Shown here in pieces: positions 1 through 8,907 of a stretch of 64,000 nucleotides of DNA. The DNA comes from a bacterium. GTDB taxonomy: Bacteria > UBA8248. Position 1 is the first letter of the stretch. Each line of letters begins with the position of its first letter. The notes below the pieces were generated by a model. That model was not told the DNA's origin and made no database searches. It saw nothing but the letters and a program-made list of their open reading frames with translations. The DNA is taken from contig CBDBEV010000001.1 of NCBI GenBank assembly GCA_965204535.1, positions 1,856,001 to 1,920,000 of the forward strand. Direction: 5' to 3'. The position numbers were made by a program, and so were the translations under genes.

Positions 1-253
1 CAACGTCCTCTCCCGTGACGGAATCCGGCCCCGGATGATAGAGCGCGAGGCCCTCATCGAAGGCCTGGGGCCCATCCACGAAGCGCCCGAGCACGGGCCG
101 CCCTCTGGGAAAGGCGCTTCTCTCCTTTCGGGGTGCGAAGAGCCCTTCGAGAATAGAGAGCGACTTCGCTCCGCTCAGGCGGACGATAGCGATGGCTCCG
201 CGCCCGGGGGCCGTCGAGAGCGCGACGATGGTCTCCCTCGCAAAACCGCTCAT
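1..253 (-). CDS. mnmE: tRNA modification GTPase MnmE, N-terminal part (runs off window start)
   Basis: Not in the ORF track. Manual minus-strand translation from ATG 253: MSGFARETIVALSTAPGRGAIAIVRLSG...DEGLALYHPGPDSVTGEDV, matching the MnmE N-terminal motifs; gene typically lies near yidC and oriC. Confidence 0.9.
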   Translation of the reverse strand, partial: MSGFARETIVALSTAPGRGAIAIVRLSGAKSLSILEGLFAPRKERSAFPRGRPVLGRFVDGPQAFDEGLALYHPGPDSVTGEDV

Positions 254-371
254 CAACTTCACCGTTTCTGTCTCTTCAGGATGCGCGCGTCCAATCGCGC
301 GCCGCGTTCGCCCGTAATGAAGCGGATTTGGGATGTTATTGCAAGGCCTGGTGGGCATTGGCACATGGGGG

Positions 372-596
372 TGGGTCGCATATATGCGACCCCAGGGGGT
401 GATTCCGGCAGTCAGGAAGAGGCTGTAGGGACAGGTCGCGACCTGTCCCTACCAAAACGCCTACCCGGTTGAAGATGTGTCTGGCGAATCGCCAACACAG
501 GAACCGCATGGGCCTTCGCGAACGGCCTATGCGAAAAAAGGGGCGCTTCACGAAGCGCCCCTACGATACGCGGCTTCGCCGCTATTCAGGGTGAGG
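372..596. repeat. Cluster of short palindromic repeats (GTAG-type REP-like and others)
   Basis: Perfect palindrome GTAGGGACAGGTCGCGACCTGTCCCTAC (425-452); GGGTCGCATATATGCGACCC (~373-392); 541-566 identical to 50153-50178; 564-596 matches the reverse complement of 45295-45327 with 2 mismatches. Confidence 0.8.
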
Positions 597-627
597 CGGA
601 GCGCCGAGTGGAGGCGCGGGCCTTCCT

Positions 628-1656
628 CTACCTCTTCCCGGAATGATCCACCAGGCCGCGCAGGAGGGTTTTGCGGGAGACGGCGCCGACGACGGCGCCC
701 GCATCGTCCACCACCCGCAGGGGCGCATCGCTCTCGATGCACCCGGGCAGCATGTCCTGCAGCACGGTGTCGCGCGAGACGACAGGTCCTGTGGTCTCGC
801 TGCACGGCGGCGTCATGATGGAGCCCGCCGTCACCACGCGGCCCCGCTTCACGTCGCGCACGAACTCGCGCACGTAGTCGGTGGCCGGGTTGAGCAGAAT
901 CTCCTCCGGTCGGCCAATCTGGTCGATCACGCCGTCCTTCAGGATGGCGACGTGATCGCCCAGCTTGAGCGCCTCGTCTAGATCGTGGGTGATGAAAACG
1001 ATGGTTTTTTTGAGGTCGCGCTGAAGGGTGATGAGATGCTCCTGCATCTGTTTGCGGATCAGCGGGTCCAGCGCGCTGAAGGGCTCGTCCATGAGCAGAA
1101 TTTCGGGGTCCGTGCACAGGGCGCGCGCCAGGCCCACGCGCTGCTGCATGCCGCCCGAGAGTTGTGCCGGATAGGCGTTCTCATAACCGGTGAGGCCCAC
1201 GTCCTCAATCCACCGCATCGCGCGCCTGCGCTGCTCGGCGTGTTCGGTCCCCTGGACCTCGAGGCCGTAGCCCACGTTCTCCAGTACCGTCATGTGCGGA
1301 AAGAGCGCGAAGCGCTGAAAAACCATGCTCGCGGCGCCCCGGCGGAACGCGAGCAACTCCTCGGGCGAGAATTCGAGAACGTCGCGCCCGTCGACGAAAA
1401 TCCGGCCCGTCGTCGGGTCGATCAGCCGGTTGATGTGGCGGATCAGGGTCGATTTTCCCGAACCCGAAAGGCCCATGACCACGAATATCTCACCGCGCTC
1501 GACGGAGAGGCTCACGTCCTTGAGTCCCAGCGTACAGCCGGTCTCGACCAGCACGTCGTTCTTCTCGACGCCCGTCTGGGCCAGGTCGAGCGCCGCCTCG
1601 AGCGCGCGTCCCGTTCCGAATATCTTGTAGACGTTTCGCACCTCGATCAGCGCCAT
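628..1656 (-). CDS. proV: Glycine betaine/L-proline ABC transporter ATP-binding protein
   Basis: GLSGSGKST Walker A, LSGGMQQRVGLARAL, LLMDEPFSALDPLIR, C-terminal CBS-like region. Confidence 0.92.
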   Translation of the reverse strand: MALIEVRNVYKIFGTGRALEAALDLAQTGVEKNDVLVETGCTLGLKDVSLSVERGEIFVVMGLSGSGKSTLIRHINRLIDPTTGRIFVDGRDVLEFSPEELLAFRRGAASMVFQRFALFPHMTVLENVGYGLEVQGTEHAEQRRRAMRWIEDVGLTGYENAYPAQLSGGMQQRVGLARALCTDPEILLMDEPFSALDPLIRKQMQEHLITLQRDLKKTIVFITHDLDEALKLGDHVAILKDGVIDQIGRPEEILLNPATDYVREFVRDVKRGRVVTAGSIMTPPCSETTGPVVSRDTVLQDMLPGCIESDAPLRVVDDAGAVVGAVSRKTLLRGLVDHSGKR

Positions 1657-1660
1657 CGGA

Positions 1661-2569
1661 TCAGACCCTCCCGCTCGTGCGGATGAAGCGCCCGCCGTAG
1701 GCCTGGGTGACGCGGTCCATCACGATGGCGAGCAGCACAATGGCCACGCCGGCTTCGAGCGCACGGCCGACGTTGAGCTGCTGGAGGCCGATGAGCACCT
1801 CGGTGCCGAGCCCCCGGGTTCCGATCATCGAGGCGATCACCACCATCGCGAGCGCCATCATCGTGGTCTGGTTGACTCCCTGCATGATGTTGGGCAGCGC
1901 CATCGGTATCTGCACGCGAAGGAGCTTCTGCCTCCGGCTCGCGCCCATGGCGTCGGAAGCTTCGACGATATCCTTGTCCACCAGACGGATGCCCAAGTCG
2001 GTCAGGCGGACCACCGGCGGGATGGCGTAGATCACCGTGGCGAAGACGGCGGGCACCGCGCCGAGGCCGAAGAGCATGATCGCCGGAATGAGATATACGA
2101 AGCTCGGCATGGTCTGCATCAGGTCGAGTGCGGGCAGCACCATGTCGCGCATCCGGTCGTTTCTCGATATCGCGATGCCGATCGGAACGCCCAGACCGAT
2201 GCAGATGAGGGTGGAGACCAGCATCACCGAAAGGGTCATCATCGACAAATCCCACAGCCTGGGATCGGTGAGGCCGATGAAGAACGTACAGGCGGCCACC
2301 AGCGCGGTCAGGCCCCATTTACGCCCGCTGGAGAAGAAAGTGAGCGCGCCCACGCCCAGGAATACGACGAGCCAGGGGAGGTCGCGCAGGAAGCGTTCGA
2401 GGCCGACCAGCAGAACGAGAATGGCGTCCGATGCGGTCTCGAAGACGATCCCGTACTCGGAGACCAGCCATTCGACGAAATCGTTGGTCCACTTGTTGAG
2501 CGGCAGGTTCAGGCCCTTGGGCCATTCGACCGCCCAGTCGGGGAACAGTCCGCGGAAAAACTTCATCAT
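1661..2569 (-). CDS. proW: Glycine betaine/L-proline ABC transporter permease
   Basis: LDLMQTMPSFVYLIP and GVNQTTMMALAMVVIASMIG motifs; multiple hydrophobic segments. Confidence 0.92.
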   Translation of the reverse strand: MMKFFRGLFPDWAVEWPKGLNLPLNKWTNDFVEWLVSEYGIVFETASDAILVLLVGLERFLRDLPWLVVFLGVGALTFFSSGRKWGLTALVAACTFFIGLTDPRLWDLSMMTLSVMLVSTLICIGLGVPIGIAISRNDRMRDMVLPALDLMQTMPSFVYLIPAIMLFGLGAVPAVFATVIYAIPPVVRLTDLGIRLVDKDIVEASDAMGASRRQKLLRVQIPMALPNIMQGVNQTTMMALAMVVIASMIGTRGLGTEVLIGLQQLNVGRALEAGVAIVLLAIVMDRVTQAYGGRFIRTSGRV

Positions 2570-2630
2570 CGGCGGACCTCCCCGGGACCAAGCGCTGCTT
2601 CACGAGAAAAAAGCATCGCGCGGGCGCGAA

Positions 2631-3668
2631 TCAAGCCGATTTGAGCGCCTCCTCGACCTTTTTCGCGACGTCGGCCGGAACCCACTTCTTCCAGACCTTG
2701 TTGGTCTTCAGGAAATGGATCGCGGTGGCCTTGGCGTCGCCGCCGGCTTTGCTCTCGAGATAGGCCAGCATCTTCGAGACTTCTTTGGATGGTAGCGTGT
2801 ACTTCTCGATGAATGCGACTATCTTCGGGTGCTTGGCCGCGAACTTCGTGGTGACCGACTTCGGCAGCTCCGCCGTCCGGTAGGCAGTCGCCTTCTTGGG
2901 GTTCCCCAAGGCTTCCATTCCGCCCTTCTTGAGCGCGTCCATGTGCTTCACCACCACGTTCCAGTCGGCCTCGTTCCACGCCGGCTCTTCGAGCTGGACG
3001 AGATCGAGCTGTCCCAGGAGCGGCGTGGGCGCCCAGTAATAGGCGAGCACGGGTTTTTTCTTGAGATACGCGCCCTTGATGGCCGCCGCGAGCGCGCCGC
3101 CCGAGCCGGGCCGGAAATTCGTGAAGTGTTTTTCCAGCCCGTAGGCGCGCAGCTTCACCGTGTTGATGACCTCGCACGACCAGCCGGGGATGCAGTTCAC
3201 GAACCGGCCCTTGGAGGGCTCTTCGGGGTCCTTGAAGAGGTGTTTGTACTTCGGCAGATCGAAGACCGACTTGAGGCCCGGATTCGCCTCCTGGACGAAG
3301 CGCGGGATGAACCAGCCCTGTATGCTATCGGGCGTGTTGATACCCACCTGCTTGACCTTGCCGCTCTTCATGACGGGGTCGTACTGCGCCTTTACGTTGT
3401 CGTACCAGAGCTCCATGATAATGTCGTTCTTGCCCTCATAATGGGCCGTCATAATCGGCAGCGTGCCGCCGTAGATGAGCCGCACCCGGCAGCCGTAGCC
3501 GTGCTCCAGGATGAAGGCGGCCACCTGATCGTGAAAGTTCGCGCTGTCCCAGTTCAGGTCGCCGATGCGCACGCTGCAGGCGGCATCCGCCCGGCTCGGG
3601 AGGGATACGAGCGCCGCAGCTCCTATGGCGATGGTCAAAACGAAGATAAGAAAAACTCTGGATTTCAT
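2631..3668 (-). CDS. proX: Glycine betaine-type ABC transporter substrate-binding protein
   Basis: Signal peptide MKSRVFLIFVL...; LNWDSA, CIPGWSC and YYWAPT motifs; first gene of the proXWV operon. Confidence 0.85.
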   Translation of the reverse strand: MKSRVFLIFVLTIAIGAAALVSLPSRADAACSVRIGDLNWDSANFHDQVAAFILEHGYGCRVRLIYGGTLPIMTAHYEGKNDIIMELWYDNVKAQYDPVMKSGKVKQVGINTPDSIQGWFIPRFVQEANPGLKSVFDLPKYKHLFKDPEEPSKGRFVNCIPGWSCEVINTVKLRAYGLEKHFTNFRPGSGGALAAAIKGAYLKKKPVLAYYWAPTPLLGQLDLVQLEEPAWNEADWNVVVKHMDALKKGGMEALGNPKKATAYRTAELPKSVTTKFAAKHPKIVAFIEKYTLPSKEVSKMLAYLESKAGGDAKATAIHFLKTNKVWKKWVPADVAKKVEEALKSA

Positions 3669-4047
3669 GGTTGGCCCCCTGTTCTCGTTGTGTGTGCCGG
3701 TCGATTCGAAGAAAAGAGCGGGGCTCTCGCGCAAGAGAGAGTCCACCCCTCTCCCTAAGCCCCTGCGGGTTCGTTTTCAGGCTGTATCTTCGGCGCTACC
3801 AAAGCCGCCGGTTCAGGTTTTGTATCATTCAAAAGTTTATGCGGGCCGGCTCGAAAACGCAAACCGCCGCCAATCCGGGGCATGTGTGAACCCGCCCTTC
3901 ACCAACAAGAGAAACGCACAGGGCTAAAACCAAACCATACCGGTCGGATTTTCGTCTTTTTTGTGCCAACGCCTCTTTCTTACTTTCAATAATTATTTAT
4001 CATGCTACATTGTTTAAGCGTTTATATCCACAAAAAACGAGGCGCTC

Positions 4048-5106
4048 ATGCCCGAGTCGAGATACGACCCGCATCGCGGGGAATGGACGCTCATCGCGCC
4101 CGACAGGCGCGCGCGACCCCATCCCGCGCATTACGCGAAGGCCACCCCCGCAGAAGAAGACCCGGCTTGTCCTTTCTGCCCGGGCAACGAAAGCGCGACG
4201 CCGCCCGAGGTCGGAGCCATCAGGGACGAGGGCGAGGAGAACGCGCCCGGCTGGCGCGCGCGCTGCGTGGCGAACAAATACCCTGCCGTCGGTAGCGGAG
4301 AGCCCGCGCGTGCGAGCGAGGGCGTCTTTTCGTCACTCCTCGGCGGAGGACGCCACGAGGTGCTCATCGATTCTCCCCGTCACACGAAGGGCTTGGCTGA
4401 TTTGGGCGAAGCGCACGCGGGTGACGTTCTGGCCCTGCTGCAGGAAAGAGCGCGTGCGCTCGCCGACGCCCCGGGCGTTCGCTTCGTCTGCGCCTTCAAG
4501 AATCACGGCGCGCAGGCGGGCGCATCCATTCTCCATTCGCACTTTCAGATACTCGGCCTCCCGGTCCACACCGGAACCTTCGAGAAAAAGCTGGACATAG
4601 AAACCGCATTCTATCAGGAACGAAATGCCGCGCTTTTGGATCACATGCTGGAAGCTGAACGCGAAGGCGGAGAGCGGATGGTGGAAACAGGCGAAGAGGG
4701 CGCCGCCGTCTTCTGCCCGTGGGCGTCGCGCTTTCCCTATCTCGCCCATATCACCCCCTGGCCGACCGAAAGCTGCTTCACCCGAAGCGCACCCGAGACC
4801 CTCGTCGCCGTCGGGGCCGCGGTGGCGCGAAGTTTAAGGCGTTACAAGGAGCTTCTCCACGACCCGCCCGTCAACCTCTCTTTTCTGCTCGCGGCGAATG
4901 AAGTGGAGGAAAACCTTGCGGCGCATCGCTGGCACATCGAGCTTTTCCCGCGCCTCACGCCGCAGGCTGCCCTGGAGACGGGTTTGGGCGCGCACATCAA
5001 CGAAGTGGCTCCAGAGCACGCCGCCGAGAAACTAAGAAGCGTTGCCCCCAAGGCGCACGCCGCATCATCTTCTGCCTGTTTTCACAGAGGACCCGACCAT
5101 GAATGA
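4048..5106 (+). CDS. galT: Galactose-1-phosphate uridylyltransferase family protein
   Basis: CPFCPGNE Zn motif, GRHEVLIDSPRH, FKNHGAQAGASILHSHFQ (HxHxQ), HRWHIELFPRL. Confidence 0.85.
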   Translation: MPESRYDPHRGEWTLIAPDRRARPHPAHYAKATPAEEDPACPFCPGNESATPPEVGAIRDEGEENAPGWRARCVANKYPAVGSGEPARASEGVFSSLLGGGRHEVLIDSPRHTKGLADLGEAHAGDVLALLQERARALADAPGVRFVCAFKNHGAQAGASILHSHFQILGLPVHTGTFEKKLDIETAFYQERNAALLDHMLEAEREGGERMVETGEEGAAVFCPWASRFPYLAHITPWPTESCFTRSAPETLVAVGAAVARSLRRYKELLHDPPVNLSFLLAANEVEENLAAHRWHIELFPRLTPQAALETGLGAHINEVAPEHAAEKLRSVAPKAHAASSSACFHRGPDHE

Positions 5107-6154
5107 AAAGAATCCCCACTCCACCGTTTCGTTTCTCACGGGCGGCGACATCGCGCCCGACAGGGCTTCCGCCAAGGGCATGTTCGGCCAACTGGGAAAA
5201 CTGTTCCGCGGCGCCGATTTTTCTTTCGCGAATCTCGAGAACGCGCTATCGACGCGCGGCGAACTCATGAAGGGGAAGGCGACCAAGCACCGGGGACACC
5301 CCTCTCTGGTGGCGGGACTCGTGGATGCCGGCTTCGACGCGGTGGGAATCGCGAACAACCACCTGCTCGATTTCGGGGTTCCCTCTCTCGAAGAGACCAT
5401 GGTGACGCTGCGCCGCGCGAGGATCCCTTTCACGGGCGCGGGAATGGACCTGGAAGACGCGGGAGCCCCCGTCGTGCTCGATCGCGGCGGGCTGAAGGTT
5501 GGCCTGCTCGCCTATTCGTCCGTGCTGCCGCAGGGCCACGCGGCCGGCGCGGACGAGCCCGGCGTGAACCCCCTGCGCGTCAAGACGTCCTACACGCCGC
5601 TCAGAAACCTGGACGAATACCCGGCCTCCGAACCCGTCATCCACTCCTGGGCGGTGGCGGAAGACCTCGCGCGGATGAAAGAAGAGGTCGCTCGGCTCAA
5701 GACCGAGGTCGACCTCGTCTTCGTCTACCAGCACTGGGGGGCAAGCATGCGCCACGAGGTGCACGAGCATCAAAGGGAGATCGGGCAAGCGGCGATCGAC
5801 GCGGGCGCGTGCGCCGTCTTCGGCGGACACCAGCACGTGCTCTCCGCCATCGAGTTCTACAACCGCCGGCCCATCATCCACTGCAGCGGGAATCTGATTT
5901 TCGACGAAGTCGAACCTTTCTTCACGGATGCGACGCTTCAGTCGTTTCTGCTGGGCGGACGCATGGACAAAGAAGGGCTGAGCGACCTTCACCTCATCCC
6001 CTGCCGCTGCGGCGTGGGCGGCGCGCCGAAACCCCTCTCGCCGAGGCGCGGTGAGGGCCGCGAGATCGTGGATATGATGCAAAGATTCTCCGCGCCTTAC
6101 GGAACGGAAGTCGCCGTAAGGGACGGAGAGGTGGCCGTATCGCCGCTCGGATAA
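5099..6154 (+). CDS. CapA/PGA_cap family metallophosphoesterase
   Basis: GGD, ANLE, IANNHLLDFG, HWG, GGHQH and SGNLIFD motifs; overlaps the galT stop. Confidence 0.85.
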   Translation: MNEKNPHSTVSFLTGGDIAPDRASAKGMFGQLGKLFRGADFSFANLENALSTRGELMKGKATKHRGHPSLVAGLVDAGFDAVGIANNHLLDFGVPSLEETMVTLRRARIPFTGAGMDLEDAGAPVVLDRGGLKVGLLAYSSVLPQGHAAGADEPGVNPLRVKTSYTPLRNLDEYPASEPVIHSWAVAEDLARMKEEVARLKTEVDLVFVYQHWGASMRHEVHEHQREIGQAAIDAGACAVFGGHQHVLSAIEFYNRRPIIHCSGNLIFDEVEPFFTDATLQSFLLGGRMDKEGLSDLHLIPCRCGVGGAPKPLSPRRGEGREIVDMMQRFSAPYGTEVAVRDGEVAVSPLG

Positions 6155-6206
6155 GAATGAGAAAGGCCCGCGGAAGCCAAACCCTCGTTCGCCGGTTTCG
6201 TTCGTT

Positions 6207-6611
6207 CTACAGCGCGCGCGCCATGAGGCTCCGGATGCTCGCAACATCCACGTCGCCCGTCGAGCGGCCCTTTTCCTGTGCGCCCTTGAAGACGATGATC
6301 GTCGATTGCCAGCGAACGCTGTGTTCTTTCAGGAAATCGCGCTGGGTGTCGTAGTCCACCGCGAACGCGGCGGCGTTTTCGAACTTCTTCTCTTTAATCA
6401 GGGACTGAAGCAGCGGCACCTGCTGCCTGCACGTCCCTCACCACTCGGTGTGGACGACTACGAAAATCGTCTTTCCGTCCTTTTGGGCCTGGGCGAACGC
6501 CTTGGTCTCATAGGGCTTCCACCCTTCCAGGGCGAGCGCGGCCTGCGGCAAAACCAGGACGGCGGCGAGCAAGGCCAAACCAAACATAAGCAGGAGAGAT
6601 CGCATTTGCAT
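6207..6611 (-). CDS. Exported thioredoxin-family protein, predicted selenoprotein (in-frame TGA 6438-6440, WUGTC)
   Basis: RBS AGAGGAG before ATG 6611; signal peptide; ...VVVHTEW-TGA-GTCRQQVPLL... continues in frame into ORF 6207-6419; hairpin immediately after the TGA. Confidence 0.82.
6401..6437 (-). promoter_or_regulatory. Candidate bacterial SECIS hairpin
   Basis: mRNA after UGA: GGGAC-GUGC-AGGCAGC-AGGUGCC-GCUGCUU-CA-GUCCC; GGGAC/GUCCC and AGGCAGC/GCUGCUU pair, with a GGU-containing apical loop. Confidence 0.65.
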
Positions 6612-6721
6612 GGCTCCTCTGGTGTTTAGACGGCTTGGAACTCTCGTGATTTGAGATGATACCACGAATCCGCCTGTCTCGGTGGTCTCGGCGCGCTTCG
6701 GGCCGAAATCGTTCAAGGCAG

Positions 6722-7480
6722 CTAGTTCACATACTGGCCGCCGTTCACGTCGATGGTCGCGCCCGTGACGTAGCCCGAACCGGGGGTGGAGAAATACCAG
6801 ATCGCATCGGCGATGTCCTCGGGCTCTCCGCCGAAGCCCACGGGCAGGTTCGCCACTATCTGCGGCACGCGCTCCTGGTGCACCAGGCGAAAGCGCTTGG
6901 TGAGCGTCACGCCCGGGGCTACGGCGTTCACCGTGACGCCGTGGGGAGCGAGTTCCACCGCGAGTCTCCTCGTGAAGCCCTGCATGGCGGATTTCGCGGC
7001 GCTGTAGACCAGGGATACGTTCGCCAGGGCGTCGCGCGCGGAGATGGACGAGACGTTCACGATGCGGCCATAGCCTCTCTCTTTCATCGGAGCCGCCGCC
7101 GCCCGGGTGGCGAGATAACAACTCGTGAGGTTCCATTCGACGATCTTTTCCCACTCCGCCTCATCGAGGTCCTCGATATCGGACACCTCCACGAAACCGC
7201 CCGCGCAGTTCACCAGAATGTCGAGGCGCTCCCACGTTCCGAGCGTGCGGGCGAAGAGAAGGTCGACGTCTTCTTTCCGGGCGGCGTCGCCCTGGACGAA
7301 TATGGCGTCGCCGTGCGCGCTCACCGTGGCCAGGGCCGCCGAGCCGCGGTCCGGGTCGCGCCCCGTAATCACCACCTTCGCGCCCTCATCTGCGAAGCGC
7401 ACCGCCGTCGCCAGGCCGATGCCGTCGGTCGCGCCGGTGACGATGGCGACGTGATCTTTTATCGAGGATCGCTCATGCAC
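6722..7480 (-). CDS. SDR family oxidoreductase
   Basis: TGATDGIG, VNCAG, YSAAK and DVNGG motifs. Confidence 0.9.
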   Translation of the reverse strand: MHERSSIKDHVAIVTGATDGIGLATAVRFADEGAKVVITGRDPDRGSAALATVSAHGDAIFVQGDAARKEDVDLLFARTLGTWERLDILVNCAGGFVEVSDIEDLDEAEWEKIVEWNLTSCYLATRAAAAPMKERGYGRIVNVSSISARDALANVSLVYSAAKSAMQGFTRRLAVELAPHGVTVNAVAPGVTLTKRFRLVHQERVPQIVANLPVGFGGEPEDIADAIWYFSTPGSGYVTGATIDVNGGQYVN

Positions 7481-7493
7481 GCGATTGTCCTTT

Positions 7494-8255
7494 CTAGTGA
7501 ACGTACCTGCCGCCGTTGACGTCGAGCGTCACGCCCGTGACGTAGCGCGCCTCGGGTCTGGCGAGATACCACACGGCGTCGGCGATGTCCGCGGCGTCCG
7601 CCACGCGGCCCGCCGGTATTTTCGCGATTATCTCGGACAGTCTGTCCTTATGGACCACGGCCGTCCTCGGGGTGAGCACCACGCCCGGGGCGACCGTGTT
7701 CACCGTGACGCCGTGGGGAGCGACTTCCACCGCCAGCCGCCTGCCAAAGCCGAAAAGGCCCGCCTTGGCGGCGCTGTAGGCCAAGCCCGTCTCGATGACG
7801 GAATCGCGGCCCGACTGGGAGGAGATGTTCACGATGCGGCCATAGCGTCTTTTCTTCATGACGGGCATCACCTCGCGCGCGCACAGGTAGGCGCTCTTCA
7901 AGTTCAAGTCCACGGCCCTGCGCCACTGCGCCTCATCCAAATCTTCGATGAGCGGATTCTCCACGAAGCCGCCTGCGCAGTTCACCAGAATGTCGATGCG
8001 CGCCCACTCGTGAAGCGCCTCGGCCACGGCCGCTTTGACCTCGCTCGCCGAGGTGGCGTCGGTGTTGACGAAGCGGGCCTCGCCGCCCGCCTCGCGTATC
8101 CGCTGCGCGGTCGCCTCGCCCTGCGTCTGGTCGAGATCCAACAACACGACGCGCGCGCCCTCATGCGCGAGGCGCCCGGCGATTGCCTCGCCGATGCCCA
8201 CCGCGCCCGCCGTCACGAGCGCCACGTGTCCTTGAATCGAGGATTTGCCTTCCAT
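7494..8255 (-). CDS. SDR family oxidoreductase (tandem paralog)
   Basis: TAGAVGIG, VNCAG, YSAAK; start chosen from GGAGG RBS (alternative ATG 8273); TATAAT on the minus strand at 8283-8288. Confidence 0.88.
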   Translation of the reverse strand: MEGKSSIQGHVALVTAGAVGIGEAIAGRLAHEGARVVLLDLDQTQGEATAQRIREAGGEARFVNTDATSASEVKAAVAEALHEWARIDILVNCAGGFVENPLIEDLDEAQWRRAVDLNLKSAYLCAREVMPVMKKRRYGRIVNISSQSGRDSVIETGLAYSAAKAGLFGFGRRLAVEVAPHGVTVNTVAPGVVLTPRTAVVHKDRLSEIIAKIPAGRVADAADIADAVWYLARPEARYVTGVTLDVNGGRYVH

Positions 8256-8314
8256 CTTGCTCGCCGCCTCCATGAGTGCCGGATTATAGCGCAACGCCTC
8301 CACCTTGACAGCCG

Positions 8315-8890
8315 TCAGGGTGCTTGTGCGGAGACGAAATAGGTGTTGCCGTCGAAATCCCACCACCGGGCTTTGCGAAAGCCCGCATCGCGCAATTCGT
8401 TCACGAGCTCTTCGGGTTCGAAGCGCGCCTCAAGGGGCGGCCCCATGTCCATGGGCTTCTTGTGCCAGTCGATGAGCGTGATGGCGGCGCCCTTCCTCAT
8501 CGCGCGCCTTGAGTCGGCGAGCATGGGCTGGACGTCGGACACTCCATGGAGCACGAACGCGATGAGGACGAAGTCCGCGCACGCATCCGGAAAAGGAATT
8601 CGCGAACCCTGGTTTCGCTTCGCCGTAAGATTCGCGTAGCCGCGCTCTTCGGCTGACGATTTGAGTTCCCTGATCATCACCGGGGAGATGTCGCAGGCGA
8701 ACACGCGACCGTTCTTTCCCACCACCCTGCAGGCGGGAACCGAGAAATAACCGGGTCCGCAGCCGATGTCCAGGAAACTCATGCCGCGCTCAAGGCCCAG
8801 GTCCCGCAGCGTCTTGACGGGCGGCATGGCCCGGCGCCTTCCCCTCGTGAGCAGGAGATGGCGGTTTCGGACGGGAAGCGTCCACTCCAC
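8315..8890 (-). CDS. Class I SAM-dependent methyltransferase
   Basis: FLDIGCGPGYF, ACDIS, IPFPDACADFV, LIDW...GPP; likely GTG start just after the upstream stop. Confidence 0.82.
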   Translation of the reverse strand: MEWTLPVRNRHLLLTRGRRRAMPPVKTLRDLGLERGMSFLDIGCGPGYFSVPACRVVGKNGRVFACDISPVMIRELKSSAEERGYANLTAKRNQGSRIPFPDACADFVLIAFVLHGVSDVQPMLADSRRAMRKGAAITLIDWHKKPMDMGPPLEARFEPEELVNELRDAGFRKARWWDFDGNTYFVSAQAP

Positions 8891-8907
8891 ACGAGAGGAT
8901 CCCTTGC

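Noticed and set aside
35-472. 145-aa plus-strand ORF at the window start
   Set aside because: Antisense to the clear mnmE N-terminus and runs into repeat DNA.
3669-3830. Possible glycine or c-di-AMP riboswitch in the proX leader
   Set aside because: Only isolated CGCCGAAG and GGAGAG words in the wrong order; no full consensus.
4023-4032. DnaA-box-like ATATCCACA upstream of galT
   Set aside because: Single imperfect 9-mer in an AT-rich promoter; not distinguishable from chance.
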